Notes under the pieces: generated by a model
The model's database searches: none
The model's input: the letters and a program-made list of their open reading frames with translations, nothing else
Told to the model about the DNA's origin: nothing
Position numbers and translations under genes: made by a program
In this document: piece by piece, positions 25,011-39,870 of the stretch
Numbering within the stretch: the first letter of the stretch is position 1
How the letters are laid out: each line of letters starts with the position of its first letter
Assembly: GCF_031769215.1 (NCBI RefSeq)
Contig: NW_026781979.1
Span: forward strand, 372,001-436,000
Direction of reading: 5' to 3'
From: Ylistrum balloti
Lineage: Eukaryota
Length of the DNA: 64,000 nucleotides

Positions 25011-26653
25011 ACACACCATTGTTTCCGAGTATATTGCTTCTGACTACAACAACGATACTTAATATTTCCGTCATGTACCACAAAACGACAAATTTCAAAA
25101 ATATTTTTTATGCATCTTTATTTACTTTTTAATTTTTTTCAAAATATGACATTCAATGTAACACAGGTAAATTACATAATGTTGTTGTCTTAATTCAATT
25201 ATTGAAGATGTGTTGTTTTTGGAAGCGATATCACTAATTGCAGTAACGTTTGAAGGCAAATGACTTATAGTGGCATTCATTGGTTTATTAATGTCTATAT
25301 CCTACTTGTATGTTCGAGCTATTCTCATCATGGTTTCTTTATTTGTCTGAAAGACTCCTTACAGCCACAATTGTGGTCTCTTTATGAGATATATGTATCG
25401 TTAATACTTGTTTATTGTGCTGGACACATGTCTGCTGTTCTCGACTTCCTGAATTATACATCTTTACGAAATGGTTTCTTTCGTACATTGGTATTTAAAC
25501 TGCCTCAGAGCGATGTCAACATCAACCTTGTCGGAATAAACAGAACAGACAGTTCAATGGAAAATCGATGGACAGATATGTGTCCATAATGAACTCAATC
25601 ATCTCCTGTTGAAGTGTGGGGTGTCGCGTCATTTACCCAGAAATACCGTATGACCTTCACTAGTCACCAAACCTGGCACTTAACTCAAAATAAATGTATT
25701 TCCCCGTGAATACATTTGCTGCCAATCAAACTAATAGTATTATCACCAGTGTAGGCTCTCACATCACGATAACATAATAATGCAGTGTAAACATAAGAAC
25801 GAAAAGGAATGTCCCATGTTTCATAGACAGCGGAGATGATTTGCTTGCTACCTCTTAGATTTCTATGTTTGATATATATAGAAGAGGTTTAAATCACTAC
25901 TGTTACGCTGCCTTGTCTCGTGACGCCTTTAACTTTCCTTCATATCATGTTAATTGTTATTTGTAATATTGATACAAATAGCACTTATTTGCGTTATTTC
26001 ATGATTTTGAATCTATTGTAGCTAGAGTCGATACTCGAAGGACGCCCTACGAAAAAATATTACATATTACTGGTACATATTCGAAAAGCTGTATCACTGT
26101 CGAACAGAACGTGATGGTCTATAGATTGATGCCTTATCATATGCGCTTTACACAAATTTAGCAATACATCAAATGTACAACATAATCACATTTCCGAACG
26201 TTTCATACAATTTCTATTAACGTTTTACACATATTCACAGTCACAAAGGTCACTCGTCTGACCACAGTGATGGACAACCTCCATGAAACACAAAATTAGC
26301 CTCCTGCATATTTCATGAGTTTGTGGTAGCCGATGTTTGAACTTTGACGATCCTCACAGCAGCCGGTACCGCCCTGTGTTAATGTAATATACTGGTGTAG
26401 ATGATGACTCACATAATTAGCAAGATATCATGTATGATTGATGACCGATACAATCGGGCAAACGTTTAATCATACAACCAAACTGAAGTGATGTATGCTG
26501 AAACAACACAATAATTTACTTCAATATGGAATTGTGTTTAGTGCTTCAAAAAGAAAAGGAAAAATAAACTCACAGAATATTTACAAAGAAAATATGAAAG
26601 TTATCATCAATATATAATTATCATTCAAGAAATACACACAAGCGGCTAATTAA

Positions 26654-26656
<3 letters not shown>

Positions 26657-26745
<89 letters not shown>
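26657..26745. repeat. Compound (AT)n(AG)n microsatellite
   Basis: About 20 AT units directly followed by about 24 AG units. Confidence 0.97.
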
Positions 26746-26748
<3 letters not shown>

Positions 26749-29700
26749 TCATGCTTCCTCGTGGAATATCAATACTTTTTACAAATGAGAAACACTAATG
26801 AAAACATGTATCTCCGTTACACAAGTTATATATATAACAGAAAGTAGCAGTACAATTAATAGAATTATCAGGAATGAACACAATAATTTTTACGTCTTTT
26901 AGAAATGACGTTATGCTTGACCACAACACATCGCCACTTTCAATTGGTAGCTACATAGATAAATCACCAGTGTAACACCATCCATAGCGATAAATAAAAT
27001 ATTACTGCAGTAATGATAGAAGCTTAATTCAATTGGTATCTGGTGTTTTTATATTACACAAGCAACAATGTAGTGAATTGTTTTTTTTCCCTTTGCAATA
27101 TATCAAACCTATCATAAACAGCAAAGCAACTCATTTAAAGGGATATATTTATTATTAAAATGTGGTCAGTCCCGTTGACCATCCTCACACAGTTTTTTAT
27201 AAGATGTCGATTATGCTGTCATTGTCTATAATGTTGAATGTTTACATCAGGAATTTTGGACAACAGTAGGATCTGCGTGCAACATGGAATATTTACACAG
27301 GAAACTGCTTTTTTCAACACGAAATATCTACATAGAACCTGTGTTAAAAGAATATTTATATACGTTACTGTGTACAATACTGCTAGCTGTGTGAGATGTT
27401 GTTTCATTATTCGACTTATGTATCTGATTTTATCAAAAGATGCTATTAACTTGTGTCTTCTTTCACAATTTTCAAGAAGTAATTTCAAACATAACATGAA
27501 AATGTTGAGCATTCACTCCTGACTTGCGAAACCATATGTCACAGTTAACATTCGCACATTAGAACAGTGTACAACATAGTTAATCTCAAACAAAGTGCAC
27601 GATCAGGACCACTCTCGAAGCACTTTGTACGAGCTGGAAGTATTCGCTAAACCCATTATAAGTCTATATATGGCCTAGAAGAAGGTTTGTGAGTCTGTCA
27701 GACGTTTTACAGCATTTAATCATCTTGACAACCAATTGCGCATTGTCTGGTAATGATTTACTTAGTACATATTACCCATGACCTTATAAAATCTGAATTA
27801 TCGGAAACGCCTTTTCTTCAAACGTCGGATGCACTTAGAATGTGTTTTGTCTGTCGAGTTTGTAATGAAAGTCAGATGTCAACAGCCATCTAGGTTCAAA
27901 GGTTATCACAATTCAAAATTGTTGGTTTCGCATGAATAGGCCAGGTATATCTATAACATAAATAAACACATAAATTTTGTTTTGTTTTGTTTGAAATATC
28001 AAAATTCACAGTATATGGTCAAAGTGAATTGTCCAAATTCATTATTAAAACAACCTTAATAAAAACTAAAAAAATCAATGCGTCAAATAAACGCCTCGAA
28101 TCACAAAACTGCTAATGGAAAACACGTCAAGTTCCTCATGCGAATGATTTTGTAATCAACACCAAAGAACAGATGTTATTCGCATTAATTGATGTTTTTA
28201 TTGTTGTCATGTGTTGACGGATAATGTTTTGGGTTCGCTGCTGGAAAAATGCCAAGATCAGCGTAACAAGTACACAGTTATGTGTTTATGCAATAGACAT
28301 GGACGTCTTGAATCTGTGTGATATAGATGGAATATTCCATCGGGGTTTGCAAAGGTTAAAAGTCAATTGCAACGGTAACTGTAAATATTATTTTATGACA
28401 GTAATAGGTGCACCATAATGCCATACTTCAGACGTATTAATTTTCATCTTAAAACACAATGACAGAGCACTACATCCCTTACTCCATTATGTCCTATCTT
28501 GTTTATGATGTAGTATGGACGGCCTTGTAACAAGTGGAGTCCGATGATGAAGAACATACGAAATGAATATGTAATCATATTTGAAAAAAACAAAATGTAC
28601 TTTCTTCAGTGGCAAAAGAAAACACCCGATCGGCCAGATTATTCTGGCAACCGGTCAACCAATCTCATTAACTCATTAAAACCCTTTAAAGAATATGAGA
28701 TTTTGTATAGAAAAAAAATCTTTTCATTCACTGCTGTTATGTGTCATATTTTTGTGCAACACTGCCAATCACCCAACATCCATAATGGAAATGTTCATTA
28801 TAAAAACATTCTTATTGAAACACTGCAAACCATGATTTATATGTCTTGTTTATTTAGGATATCGTGTCTTCGGTTATATAGATTAATGTAATATCTATCA
28901 TTCCTTCCTCGCCTCCAATATTATCAAATATTATCATATATATCGGCATACCTTACCTCAGTATGATAACACTGTATTAAGCCATCAGCGGAGTGTCGTC
29001 TACATAGACCTTCTTTTATCGGGCTCTCTTATTTTTTATCAAATGAAGTGGTGCAATAAGATGTAAAAAGACGGCTGTGTTCCTGCTTAAAACGACCCCA
29101 TGTTGTTTCTCTGAAGTATAATCCAACAGGCTCTTGTGACGCTTTGACAGTCAGCCTGTATTACGTTTACACTTCTCGCAGAGACAATCATCACGTCTTG
29201 ACATATATAGCTGAGTACTTTAGGAGTTCCACTGGTATTCACAACGGCATTGCAGATAATTTTACACTCGATAAGAGTCTGTTAACGTAGAAAAACTCTG
29301 ATATCACGAATGACTCGGAGCGATTTCATTTGACAGTCATTCCCATCTTACAAACCTGATATGAATATACGTTTCTTTCTCATTATATATTGTGACAGAA
29401 TTACAGACCTTCTAGTACTTTCCTTTGGCACAAATCGACTCTCTAAAACGCTTGAGGGACCCTTTAAATTTGATTGTTTCTTATAAATATCAACGATGAG
29501 TAATCGTGAGCGCTGTCTGGTATCAGATTATAGCACCAATTAGCAGGGAAACAGTCGTAGGTGGATGAGATTAAGATTTTAGATACTACAGCCATATACT
29601 ATTTCAATAGTTAATTTTTGGTATTAAACCCACTCTGTATATGTGAAAATTTACAGAACAAATTTTTAATAAAGAGCGGCTAGATGGTATACCCACACAA

Positions 29701-31734
29701 TAGACTTAAATAATCTCCTCATCTATTAAATATGTGTTTCCTCGATACAAACAAGTAAAATTAGTTTCTGCACTGGATTTCAACATCATGCACGTGCTTT
29801 TACATAACCCCGTGTTTACAGATATACCATATAACAGTATTTATTACAAGATAGAAATATACACAAAGCAAGGTTGGTTGTGAAATGAACAAATAACCAC
29901 TGAGTAACGTTTTGATAGTAGTCATAGTATTTTCAATCAACTTTGCAAAATCTTACAACTGGAGATTTAATTTAGTATATATTATTTCATAACAGGTCAT
30001 ATCGACAGAAAAAAACAGAAAAGAAACGAAACATTACAGACAATGTAAATATTTTCTGGTAACAATATTTCATTATCATTTTTATATTAAACACCTTACT
30101 TATTAGCTGTGATATTGACAAGAAATTAACACACTGACTGTCTCGTTTTTGAAATAACGACAAAACTGACGTCAACAACGCAGATGGCTTGTAAATTGCT
30201 TCCAGTTAATATAATTGTTCATGAATTATAGCAAATTGGATACTTTTGCTTAGCTTCGTGAAAAAGTACTGATTTTAATTTCAATCTTTCGGATTTGTAG
30301 ATGGTAACGTCTCTGTCATCTCACTGTCTAGGGTTTATCTGTCGTAGTTGTTCTACGGCTTATTCAAAAGATGTCGATATCCTACTAAAAAAAATGCAAT
30401 ACGGATTGTTGAATATTTTGATGATGGCTCTAGGGAAATTTAATGTTTCCTTCTACGATATGAGATTTAGTGGCCATATATATCATGGTAGTTCGTTATC
30501 ACCATCCTTGTTCTGTATTCGATTATGTCATAATGCTTAGGTCTGTAGAGCGTGTACAGGAAGCAGAAAACATGCATACCTCCAAGCTACAACTTTTTTG
30601 TTTTCAAGGATCTTCCGGCAAGTATTTTTGGTTTATAGTTTGTTAGTTATCTATCATGAGTTACAATTCCACTGTGTACACGACAGTGTGATCATTTAAA
30701 TTTGGACTTAATCTCTAACACAGTGCAGCTTCTGATATGTGGTAATATAATTCCTTAAGCAGAATAACAAAAATCACAATGTTTGCCTACTGTCAAATTA
30801 ATCCATTAAAGTATATCTGAAATGTACATGTTATTCCTTGTATTTCGCAGTCAAAATATGAGAAGGCAAAACGTGAGTCGCTTTAGATGAAATATCATAT
30901 AACATATATCACATGTGAAATACGACCTGACGGAAATCTGATTGACAGAAGATTTCCATTGTTCCATTGTGACTCCATATCGGCATGTGCCTTGTGATGG
31001 AATAAGTTTTAATGTATATCAGTCCAATCACATGTTATGAATGGAAACTCATGTAAACTCCTTTTAAAATAGCAAATAACATAACAAACACATGTTTGCT
31101 ACTCACCGAAAACGTATATAAATTCTATACGACTATGAATGTGAACATCAAAACCTAACGGAATGTTATTTATGTAACCTATGCTCTGTTTGCCATCTGC
31201 AGTGCTAAATAAAGAATATATCGATCCTGTCTGATGCAAAATCCTGATGAATGATACTATCATAAGCATGTATTCAATCAGAATGCATTTTACGATGCTA
31301 ATAGTATTAACTTTGCGATAAACAGCCATATTAACATCTTTTTCATATGACAACGATCAAGACAGAGCTTAACATACTAAACTATCCAATAACAATATGA
31401 TAAAGATATGGCATCTCAAACCTTTACCTGTAGACCTCTCAACATCGCCTTAATGTATTTTCTCTATCAGTACATTGTTTCTACCTTTTGCAGTTATAAC
31501 AAAACAAAAATGTGACGACAGATAATAGGTCAAGAAACACGTAGTGACGAATTTTCTAGATTTCATTTCTTTGTCAATTTTTTATTCACTCGAATACCGG
31601 CATAGGTCAGAACATACTTATGCACTATTATCAAATGTATGAAAATAACGTTATGAAGTTGCTGCATTCCCCCATTATGAATTTGCATTTCTGTTAAGTC
31701 TTAGATTTCCTTAGTCGCCTACTAGGTTTCAAAA

Positions 31735-31885
31735 ACAACAAGGAAATATCAGCGCGTCAACAATATCATCATCAAACTCAACTTTAACGAAGGCAAAGAA
31801 CAATGAGAAGATTCATATGGGTATGGAGACTCATGAAAAAACTAGGAGAATAAGACCAAGTGTTCCAGAATATCGGTTAATCCAA
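31735..31885 (-). mobile_element. Dispersed repeat family B, degenerate copy
   Basis: ggagactcatgaaaaaactaggagaataagaccaagtgttccagaa parallels ggagactcctgaaaatatactagg (21081) and aagaccaggtgttccggaag (13725). Confidence 0.45.
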
Positions 31886-34800
31886 GTAGGTAATGTCACG
31901 TTCTCAAATGAGAACAAAGTATACGACAACGGAACCAGAGGCAAAGTAACGAGCACCAATACGTCCAGCTTCACATCTCACAAAGAAATGGAATATTTCT
32001 GTCAATGAGATCACTATGACAACCTTATATGCCCTCTTTATCATATTTGTTTTTGGTTGTGATCTGCTCGCTACCTGTTGCGTTTTAACATAAGTTGTGT
32101 AATATGGCTGACTTCCGGTTTGCTTTCTTTTGTTTTGCCTTTCCTTTAGTTGTTTAATTTAATGCTTTCACTTCCGTTGTGTAATCGCTGTTGTTTCCTA
32201 TTCCATGTCTTTTCTATGGTAAATATTACTATAGACGTCAGGTATTTATAACTTTGGCTATATAATGGTGCATGGTAGTCACATCGTTATGCAGACACTA
32301 CATAGCAATCTTATGATAACATAACTTGACCTTATGTTTTAGTTACATCGTAATGCAGATTTCAGACTATTTGATGTGCCATTTAACACCATTACAACAA
32401 TATCGTTCTTGTCAATGCTGAAGGAAGTTGTTGACCTTTAAATAAATAGTGCCTGTGAAATACCCCCGTGAACTGACAAACACCCTGTCCTACATACACA
32501 ACACTTGTCAGACATCCTCGGCCGGGAACCTGAAGTAGTATGAAGTGGATTATCGTCCTCCCGCTATCACCAATGATATGAAGGTTAGTGATATCATGGG
32601 GAACTCTTTAGAATATTATCCTTTAGGCGTTTTATCGAATTTACTTCAAATAAGAATTTCTGTACAGGACTGTTTGACTCATACCTTATCACCAATGTTT
32701 CTGGTAAAGATTATGATGATTTTTTTATTCAATGTTTCTTCATAGTGTATCTCGTCATTGATTTTTCAACTTACCTATCATGTTGCCTGAACATCTCATG
32801 AACACAAAACACTGCTGGATAGACAAGTCTTTTTTTCCAGAATGTTTTAATTATAAATAAATATTACTTTCATTATTTGATTTATTGGATATATCTTATT
32901 CTAAGTTTCAAACGATTGAAAGATTAGCTTGTAACCGAATGCAGCTATGTAATTATTTACAAACACTGGCAGTCAGCTCACATTGTCTCCGCCATTCATT
33001 CTGAATAGATCAATGTTTAAAGATAACATAAGTTGAGATTACCGTTGTCTACGGTGAAAATGTTTAAGAAAATGAAACTACAGTCAACAGCTAAAGTTGA
33101 TTGTAATGTCGGCACAATTTAACGGTTCTGGAGGTAAGTAGAAATGTACAGAAATAAATAAAACATTTTTAAATACGAATAACATCAGCTTTTAAAAAAT
33201 TCAACTGTTGTGGTGACTTGCTCTTGTGCTTTGTAATGTATAACAGCACTCTAACTCGTGATATATATATATGTGCTTTGTTTTAATTTAAAACAGGTGG
33301 TACTTTCCTCCGTATTACCTGATCTATTCCTTCGGCTAATGTGACCTTTGGAAACGGAAGGTCTGATTCATTTGTTTACTTGCCTGATCCTGGATAAACA
33401 ACCTACATAGGGAAACATACTATTATATTGCTGCAAGCTAGGGAGTAGATTGAAATAGATTCCAGTCGTATATGTATTTGGTGATTGATGTATCTTTACA
33501 TGACCTTGACCCTGAACAATCGTCTTTGTTTTTATCAGAAGAATCCTCACTAACTATTCATTTTTGTAAACTTTTACTGCCTGTATATACTTGCTCTTTG
33601 GCATATCTTCCATCAACCATTTAATTTATATGTGTTTCATAAAAAATTATTCATTTTAGTCAATGACATTGATCATATGGCATGCATTATATATTAAAAA
33701 AACATATCTATGGTGTTTACTTTGTACATAATGTAGTCATGCCAACAAGAAATACAGTAATATCGAATGTTTTTGAATCTTTAGTGTTTTTGCATTTGTA
33801 GTAAAGACATCTACAAAATGTTTTAACAATATAATAAATCTAGATCGACGTTTAGTTTGTTTGTTTATTTTTTATTTTTTGTTTTCTGTTTTTGTATTTT
33901 TTGGGTTTTTTTTTCAGTTCTACTTGTTTATATCAAAGCGATTTCTGAACTGGACGTAAATATAAACAGTATCTGAGAATTTAATCTCAGCACATTTGAA
34001 TTGAGATGGCCTTTGTTCCTTCAAAGTTCTCATATCAATTTTTGCATAAAATGTCTTTTTAAACCTTGTCATAAATTCAAAAACCTTTCCATTGGAATGT
34101 GTCATCTTTCATTGTGAGCCTTTGAGCTTTGGCGATATGTTCTGAAATGGGTTTGTATTTTAATGCTGCCAATGCGTCATTAAATAGTCATTGGTGCTAG
34201 TAAGCAATTAAATATGCATTAGAATGCGAATAATTTGTTTCTGCAAAAAGTTAAAATAAGAAATGAACAGCTTCTATGATGACATGAATTTCATTCGAAA
34301 CATTTTATATTACTAAAACGCAACAAAACAATTTGATCCAAAGAGGTATTCGATTTCAAATGATTTAGTAACACGCATTAAATATCAAATCTACAACAAA
34401 ATTTCTCACTAACCTTATACATTTCCTTTTTACGTTTGTGTGGCGCAGGTTTGAAGTAAACAATAAATAATGTCTATTTACATTGTTATTTATTTTATTA
34501 TATGAAGTTTTAGTATCTGTTTGCATGATAAAACGACAACGTTAACAGCGATAACAGTATCAAAATACATACACACCTGTTACTTGATAAAACGATACAC
34601 ATATCCTTCACAATTGTAATTGTGTAAATTTACTATTACACCACTTTGTTGTGTCCTTGCGTTATACATTTTCTGTTTAAATTGAAATTTGATTTTTTAA
34701 ATTTTATATCAAAACGAAGGAAAATCAGCAAACATAGCCAATATACACGGAAAGCAGTATACAACTTCCGTCAAAACGTTTGAATAATACATTGCGCAGA

Positions 34801-35059
34801 AAGTAATGACCAACCATTGTTTCCTTACACAAACATCCAGGAAACGTCCGTACATGTATTTTGACGCATGTTGCATAAATTGCAGTAAATCACATAATAT
34901 GATATATTTTGTTCTACGTTTTCATTCAACTGGACTTCTATATTATATTCAATTTCTTTTGTGTTTGGTTTGGTTTTCTTTTTTCTTTTTCTGTTCATAA
35001 CTTCCTTTCGATATCGGAAGTCATTTAGAGAAGTTTATAAGAGGTGAGTTAATGTTTAT

Positions 35060-35340
35060 ATGTTAGTGTGACTATGGCTCCGATATGTTTGTGTAAACAT
35101 CCTCTGGACAATTGGAACTTGGAGCTGATTTCATAGTGTTACCCTACTGAAATATACTACAGAAGATCCCCAGCAGAATCCCTACCAGGTCACAATATAC
35201 TAACCACGTGAAAACCAATAATTAAACTGCCAAAATGCTGAACAAAGAGTAGTTATTATCATTCTCAAAGACTCTTGTATGTCTCGGCCAGGGAACCAAA
35301 AGCCTTACTCACTGTGGCAAACGCTCTACTGAAGGCCAGG
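35060..35340 (-). mobile_element. Decayed tRNA-derived SINE with CORE-like central domain
   Basis: Minus strand starts tggccttcagtagagcgtttgcc...ggttccctggccgagacatac (tRNA-like head with A/B-box remnants). It later contains atttcagtagggtaacactatgaaatc (35155-35126), resembling the CORE-SINE motif TTTCAGTGAGCTAGCACTATAAAAATC. Recognised from memory, not a database search. Confidence 0.5.
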
Positions 35341-38100
35341 GAGATTTTAGGAAAAAATATTATCAAAAAAAAGAGAGCGTTGAAGATCCCAAGTTTAGTC
35401 ACCCTTTACGATCATGCGATGGAAGCAGCAAGTATTTTGTCATAGTTTTATGGAATTTGAGTTTGAATTATGATTATGTAGCCATGTTGGTATTTTCTTG
35501 ATGTTTCTTATTCAATGTACATGTTTTTTTGCTCACACAAAAAATACATGCGGAAAAAATTTCTAGAAATGTACCAAATCGTCAATTTGCTGAATTTGAA
35601 ATAATACTTTTCAAAGTGAAGGCCTGTCTTATATGCGTATGTTGCATGTCAAAGATACATTTGCACATATCGTAGCGGTAAGGTAATAGGCAGGACACAA
35701 TAAAAAGTTACTGTAACAAATCTGATCTTAATTAAAGAGAATTTGCAAAGTTGATGACAAAGTTACATCGACAACGATAATATTGGGTTACAATACCACC
35801 GTAACCTTGTTTACTCCACAATAACAACAGAGTAATCCGATATCTTTATTTTGGAAAAAACATACTGTTTTCATCAATTATACCATCTCTGATGTATGTT
35901 GATGGCAAAAATAAGCATACCTTCAAAATAAATGTAGCTTAGTACACTTTTATTAAGACTTTTTTTAAAAGATGCATGATACGAGTTTAAGACTTGTTTC
36001 ATATCTAAATCTCTTTGTCTATCATCAGATCTAATATGAGGAAGGTCAATAGAAGTTTCATAAATTATATTTGTAAATTGAAAAAACGAAGATGAAGCAA
36101 AATTCTGCATGTGGTTTACACATTAGTTGCCTCTTTATGTACTCTCAATTCTTACTCCCTAACCTTCAGGGGTTGTGAACATGTAACCTTCAATGAGGGA
36201 ACTAGTTATTCAACCTATATAATTACATTTAAAATTCATATCTTTATTTCTATATAGTTAGTCCGCGAAAACATGCGGAGGAAACTTCTTTATCGACCCT
36301 TGGTCTTCTGTGCTAGATCTTAGAAAGTTAATGGATAGTGCCAAGATGAAGATTATGAACGGAGACTTCTGCAAGAGATGTGTGATTTAAAGTTCCCAAA
36401 ATACCATCTAATGCAGAAAAAAGACCTATACGTCCAGTAGGGACGTGTAAACACACTACTAAGAATACCTGAGTCACACTTCTTTATATTATCTCTTTCC
36501 AAATTATGTCTACAGACATTGCTGGGCAAGAAACCACGGCATAAACATTGAAGTTTGTGACTGCTAGTGTTTTCTTTATCACGGAAAGTGTCATCATTTT
36601 CTATATAGCGCGTACTTTATCATGCCCAGGAGACCAATATATATTTCTATAGGAACATCTTGTGTTTGGCCCCGTGTCATTGGCTTACGGATATAGCCAT
36701 TATAGATGACGAAGTCGGCACAGGATTGGGTAAAAACGACAATAAATAATGGAAGAACTCAGAATCTCAGCCACAGGTATTTATGTACGGATTACAGTTA
36801 ATGGGACCACATTTAGTCGATTTTGCTGGCTGGGGATGTATGGTAGCATTGGTAGGACGGAAAACAATCCTGTATCATTTTCAAGAATGCTGACTGCTTG
36901 ACTGATATATAAATTTAGTGTTAGAAATTTACCAAATACATATTTAAGCAAATTTGAATAGTTTGCTTGGGAAATTTCATCAAATGATAGGAACCATAGA
37001 TGAGTTACTTATCAATATTTTAAAAGGTAAAGTTAAAATATATAAAATGATTGGAAGTATGTGATAATTATAAAATAACTCCATCATAATATAAGATTTA
37101 ATTTCAGCAATGAGTAAACTCATTATGTTTCCATTACTAAAGATTTCATTTACATAATATTGTTAACAGTTGTTTTTCATTTGACAGGCTTGTAATTTAT
37201 TTCTATTAGAAAAATTTCTTCTTCACTTCATAGGAAATTCACAAGAAAATATCAACATAATCATAATCGACACTTAAATTCAGTACAATTAGGACAAAAT
37301 ATAAAAACTAAAGAAATTTTACAAGGAGACTTTTGCAAAAGTACAAGGAGAATAAGGCCAGATACTACGGAAAAGTAAGCGTCTTTTGCAAAGCAAATAA
37401 CGGATCAAATAACTGTTTGTTCTCTAGAAATGAAAATTAATACCGAATAGTGAAATAGTCTGTTTTTTTTATTCACACCCTATTTGTTATGTTAATGTTC
37501 TTAGCTAATCGATACTTATTATATCAATGCATTACTTACCGCAAATACAGTGTAATATAAGATGTTGACTGTACACGCACTTGTATATTGTTTATCCAAA
37601 TTCCAAGAAATTTCATTAAAATCCAAACAAATCTACCTCCAGACCAAATGGATGAATATAGTATTGATATCAAACTTACAAGAGATAGCAACCTCAATGT
37701 AATAAAAAGATTAATTAACCTGCACAGTAAATTCCTCAAAAAGTCCAGCTGGTCATCCCGTCAAAATATGGAACTCCCTTTTAGGAATGTTTGTTTGTCA
37801 CATCTAACTTACATACCGTCATAAAATGCAATTTTCGAATGTCGAGTCATTATTTAGGTCATCACTTCAACAAAGAATTTTTATCATCCGTGATGTGTTT
37901 CAGTTTATTGATCGTGAAGTACCAGGTTCAAGGGAAATGCCAGTATGGGTTTCTGTAGCTTTCATTCATTTTTGCGCCACGAATAAAAACTTCAGTCTGA
38001 AAGCGTTACGAACGTTCTTTGTCAAGATATAAAGATTGTTTAGAGTGAGTAGAATTTAGCAGACTAAATTAATACGCCATGCTACAAGGTTTTAATAGTT

Positions 38101-38856
38101 TACTTGAGACTGTCATGTCTATATGTACTAATCAACCAAATATTACTGGTACAAGGAGTCACAACCAGCAATGTTATTTATGGTTTACACGAGACAAGCT
38201 TACCTAAGGTACTTATCAATCACAATTTACTGGTACAAGGAGTCACAACCTACAATGTTATTTATAGCTTACACGAGACAAGCTTGTCTATATGTACTTA
38301 TCAAACACAATTCACTGGTACAAGGAGTCACAACCTACAATGTTATTCATGGTTTACACGAGACAAGCTTGCCTATAGGTACTTATCAAACACAATTTAC
38401 TGGTACAAGGAGTCACAACCTACAGTGTTATTTATTGTTTTTGCACGAGACAAGCTTGCCTATAGGTACTTATCAAACACAATTTACTGGTACAAGGAGT
38501 CACAACCTACAATGTTATTTATTGTTTACACGAGACAAGCTTGCCTATAGGTACTTATCAAACACAATTTACTGGTACAAGGAGTCACAACCTACAATGT
38601 TATTTATTGTTTTTGCACGAGACAAGCTTGCCTATAGGTACTTATCAAACACAATTTACTGGTACAAGGAGTCACAACCTACAATGTTATTTATTGTTTA
38701 CACGAGACAAGCTTGCCTATAGGTACTTATCAAACACAATTTACTGGTACAAGGAGTCACAACCTACAATGTTATTTATTGTTTACACGAGACAAGCTTG
38801 CCTATAGGTACTTATCAAACACAATTTACTGGTACAAGGAGTCACAACCTACAATG
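38101..38856. repeat. 85/87-bp tandem array, about 9 copies
   Basis: Anchor cacgagacaagc at 38188, 38272, 38357, 38444, 38529, 38616, 38701 and 38786; the first unit is degenerate. Confidence 0.97.
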
Positions 38857-39704
38857 TACTGTAAAGTTTATATTTTCTGATAATTAAGTTTTGTTGGTCA
38901 TGTCGAGAAAAAATGTTAAATAAATATTTCAACAAAATGCTTTGATAAGAAAACTAATATAAAACGGTTTTAGCGTTTTATCACGTTAGGATGAGCAGCT
39001 CTCAAATTTCATAAGGATCATCACACATATCGCAATCAATTCGATTCTTTGTTACAATATCACGGTATACGATTGTCGGTAGCTGATGGATTAACTTACC
39101 ATACCAGGTTTCGAGAAAAAAAGATTGAAGGAAACCTACAGGGAAATATTGATGGCCACCATCATCACCTGAGTGAGGATATTATATTTCCTGTTGTGAT
39201 ACAGTACAGCCGAGTAATTTCGTGAATTTCTTTTTTTATGTATTTGTTTTCTATATCTATCTGTGAAAATCCATGTACGCTTGACAGATCAGTGCAATTC
39301 AGTGTGATCCGGTGCGTCTTATGTTCATAATCACAAATAATTCTTTGTTTCTCGTTAAGTATAACATGGTTAAATAAAAGGTAACCAGTTTAGAGCAGTT
39401 ATGATTTACGAATAGATAGGAGTTGCCCCGCAAACATATGAAGACGTGTACTTGACGTTATTATCAGATTCATATTGTATACAAAAATAGGGAAAATAAT
39501 TCAATAACACATGGCTTCAAAAGATGCAGAATGATGAAATAAAGGTAAAGGTCGTCATAGTGATCTCATTTAGAAATTCTTTTTCTTTGTGCAATATGAA
39601 ACTGAACGTGTTTGGTGCTCGTTAGTTTGCCTGTTGTTTCCGTTCTTTTTTACCATGTTCTTATTTGAGAAAGTGACATTACTTACTTGGATTTACCAAA
39701 GTTT

Positions 39705-39870
39705 ACATTGCGGATGTCCTTGATGAAGCAGAAAATGGTTACTCTTCCGGAGCACCCGGTCTTACTCTCCTTGTATATCTTCAGGAGTCTCCGCGTAAAT
39801 CTTTCTTTTGTTAATATTTTGTCCTAAATTTTGGAGTTATTATCATGTTGACATGTTGGTATTTTCTATT
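39705..39870 (+). mobile_element. Dispersed repeat family B (~200 bp), copy
   Basis: gatgaagcagaaaatggttactcttccggagcacccggtctt...tcaggagtctccgcgtaaatctttcttttgttaatattttgtccta...catgttggtattttc. Aligns by eye to the reverse complements of 20990-21175 and 13640-13795. A second partial head lies at 39892-39930. Confidence 0.7.

Noticed and set aside
22997-25132. Long plus-strand ORFs (267, 594, 361, 264 aa and others) rich in F/S/L/P
   Set aside because: All lie in the 19-bp minisatellite, whose C/T-rich strand rarely contains stops. They are open in all three frames with the same cyclic peptide, which marks a repeat artefact.
31817-32008. 63-aa ORF
   Set aside because: Overlaps a reverse-oriented family B repeat copy.
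38104-38807. Overlapping repetitive ORFs (148, 183, 88 aa)
   Set aside because: Translations of the 85/87-bp array that switch frame with unit length.
38995-39225. 76-codon His-containing stop-free frame with a donor-like GTGAG
   Set aside because: No ATG, weak acceptor and no recognisable domain; frames of this length are expected many times by chance in 64 kb.
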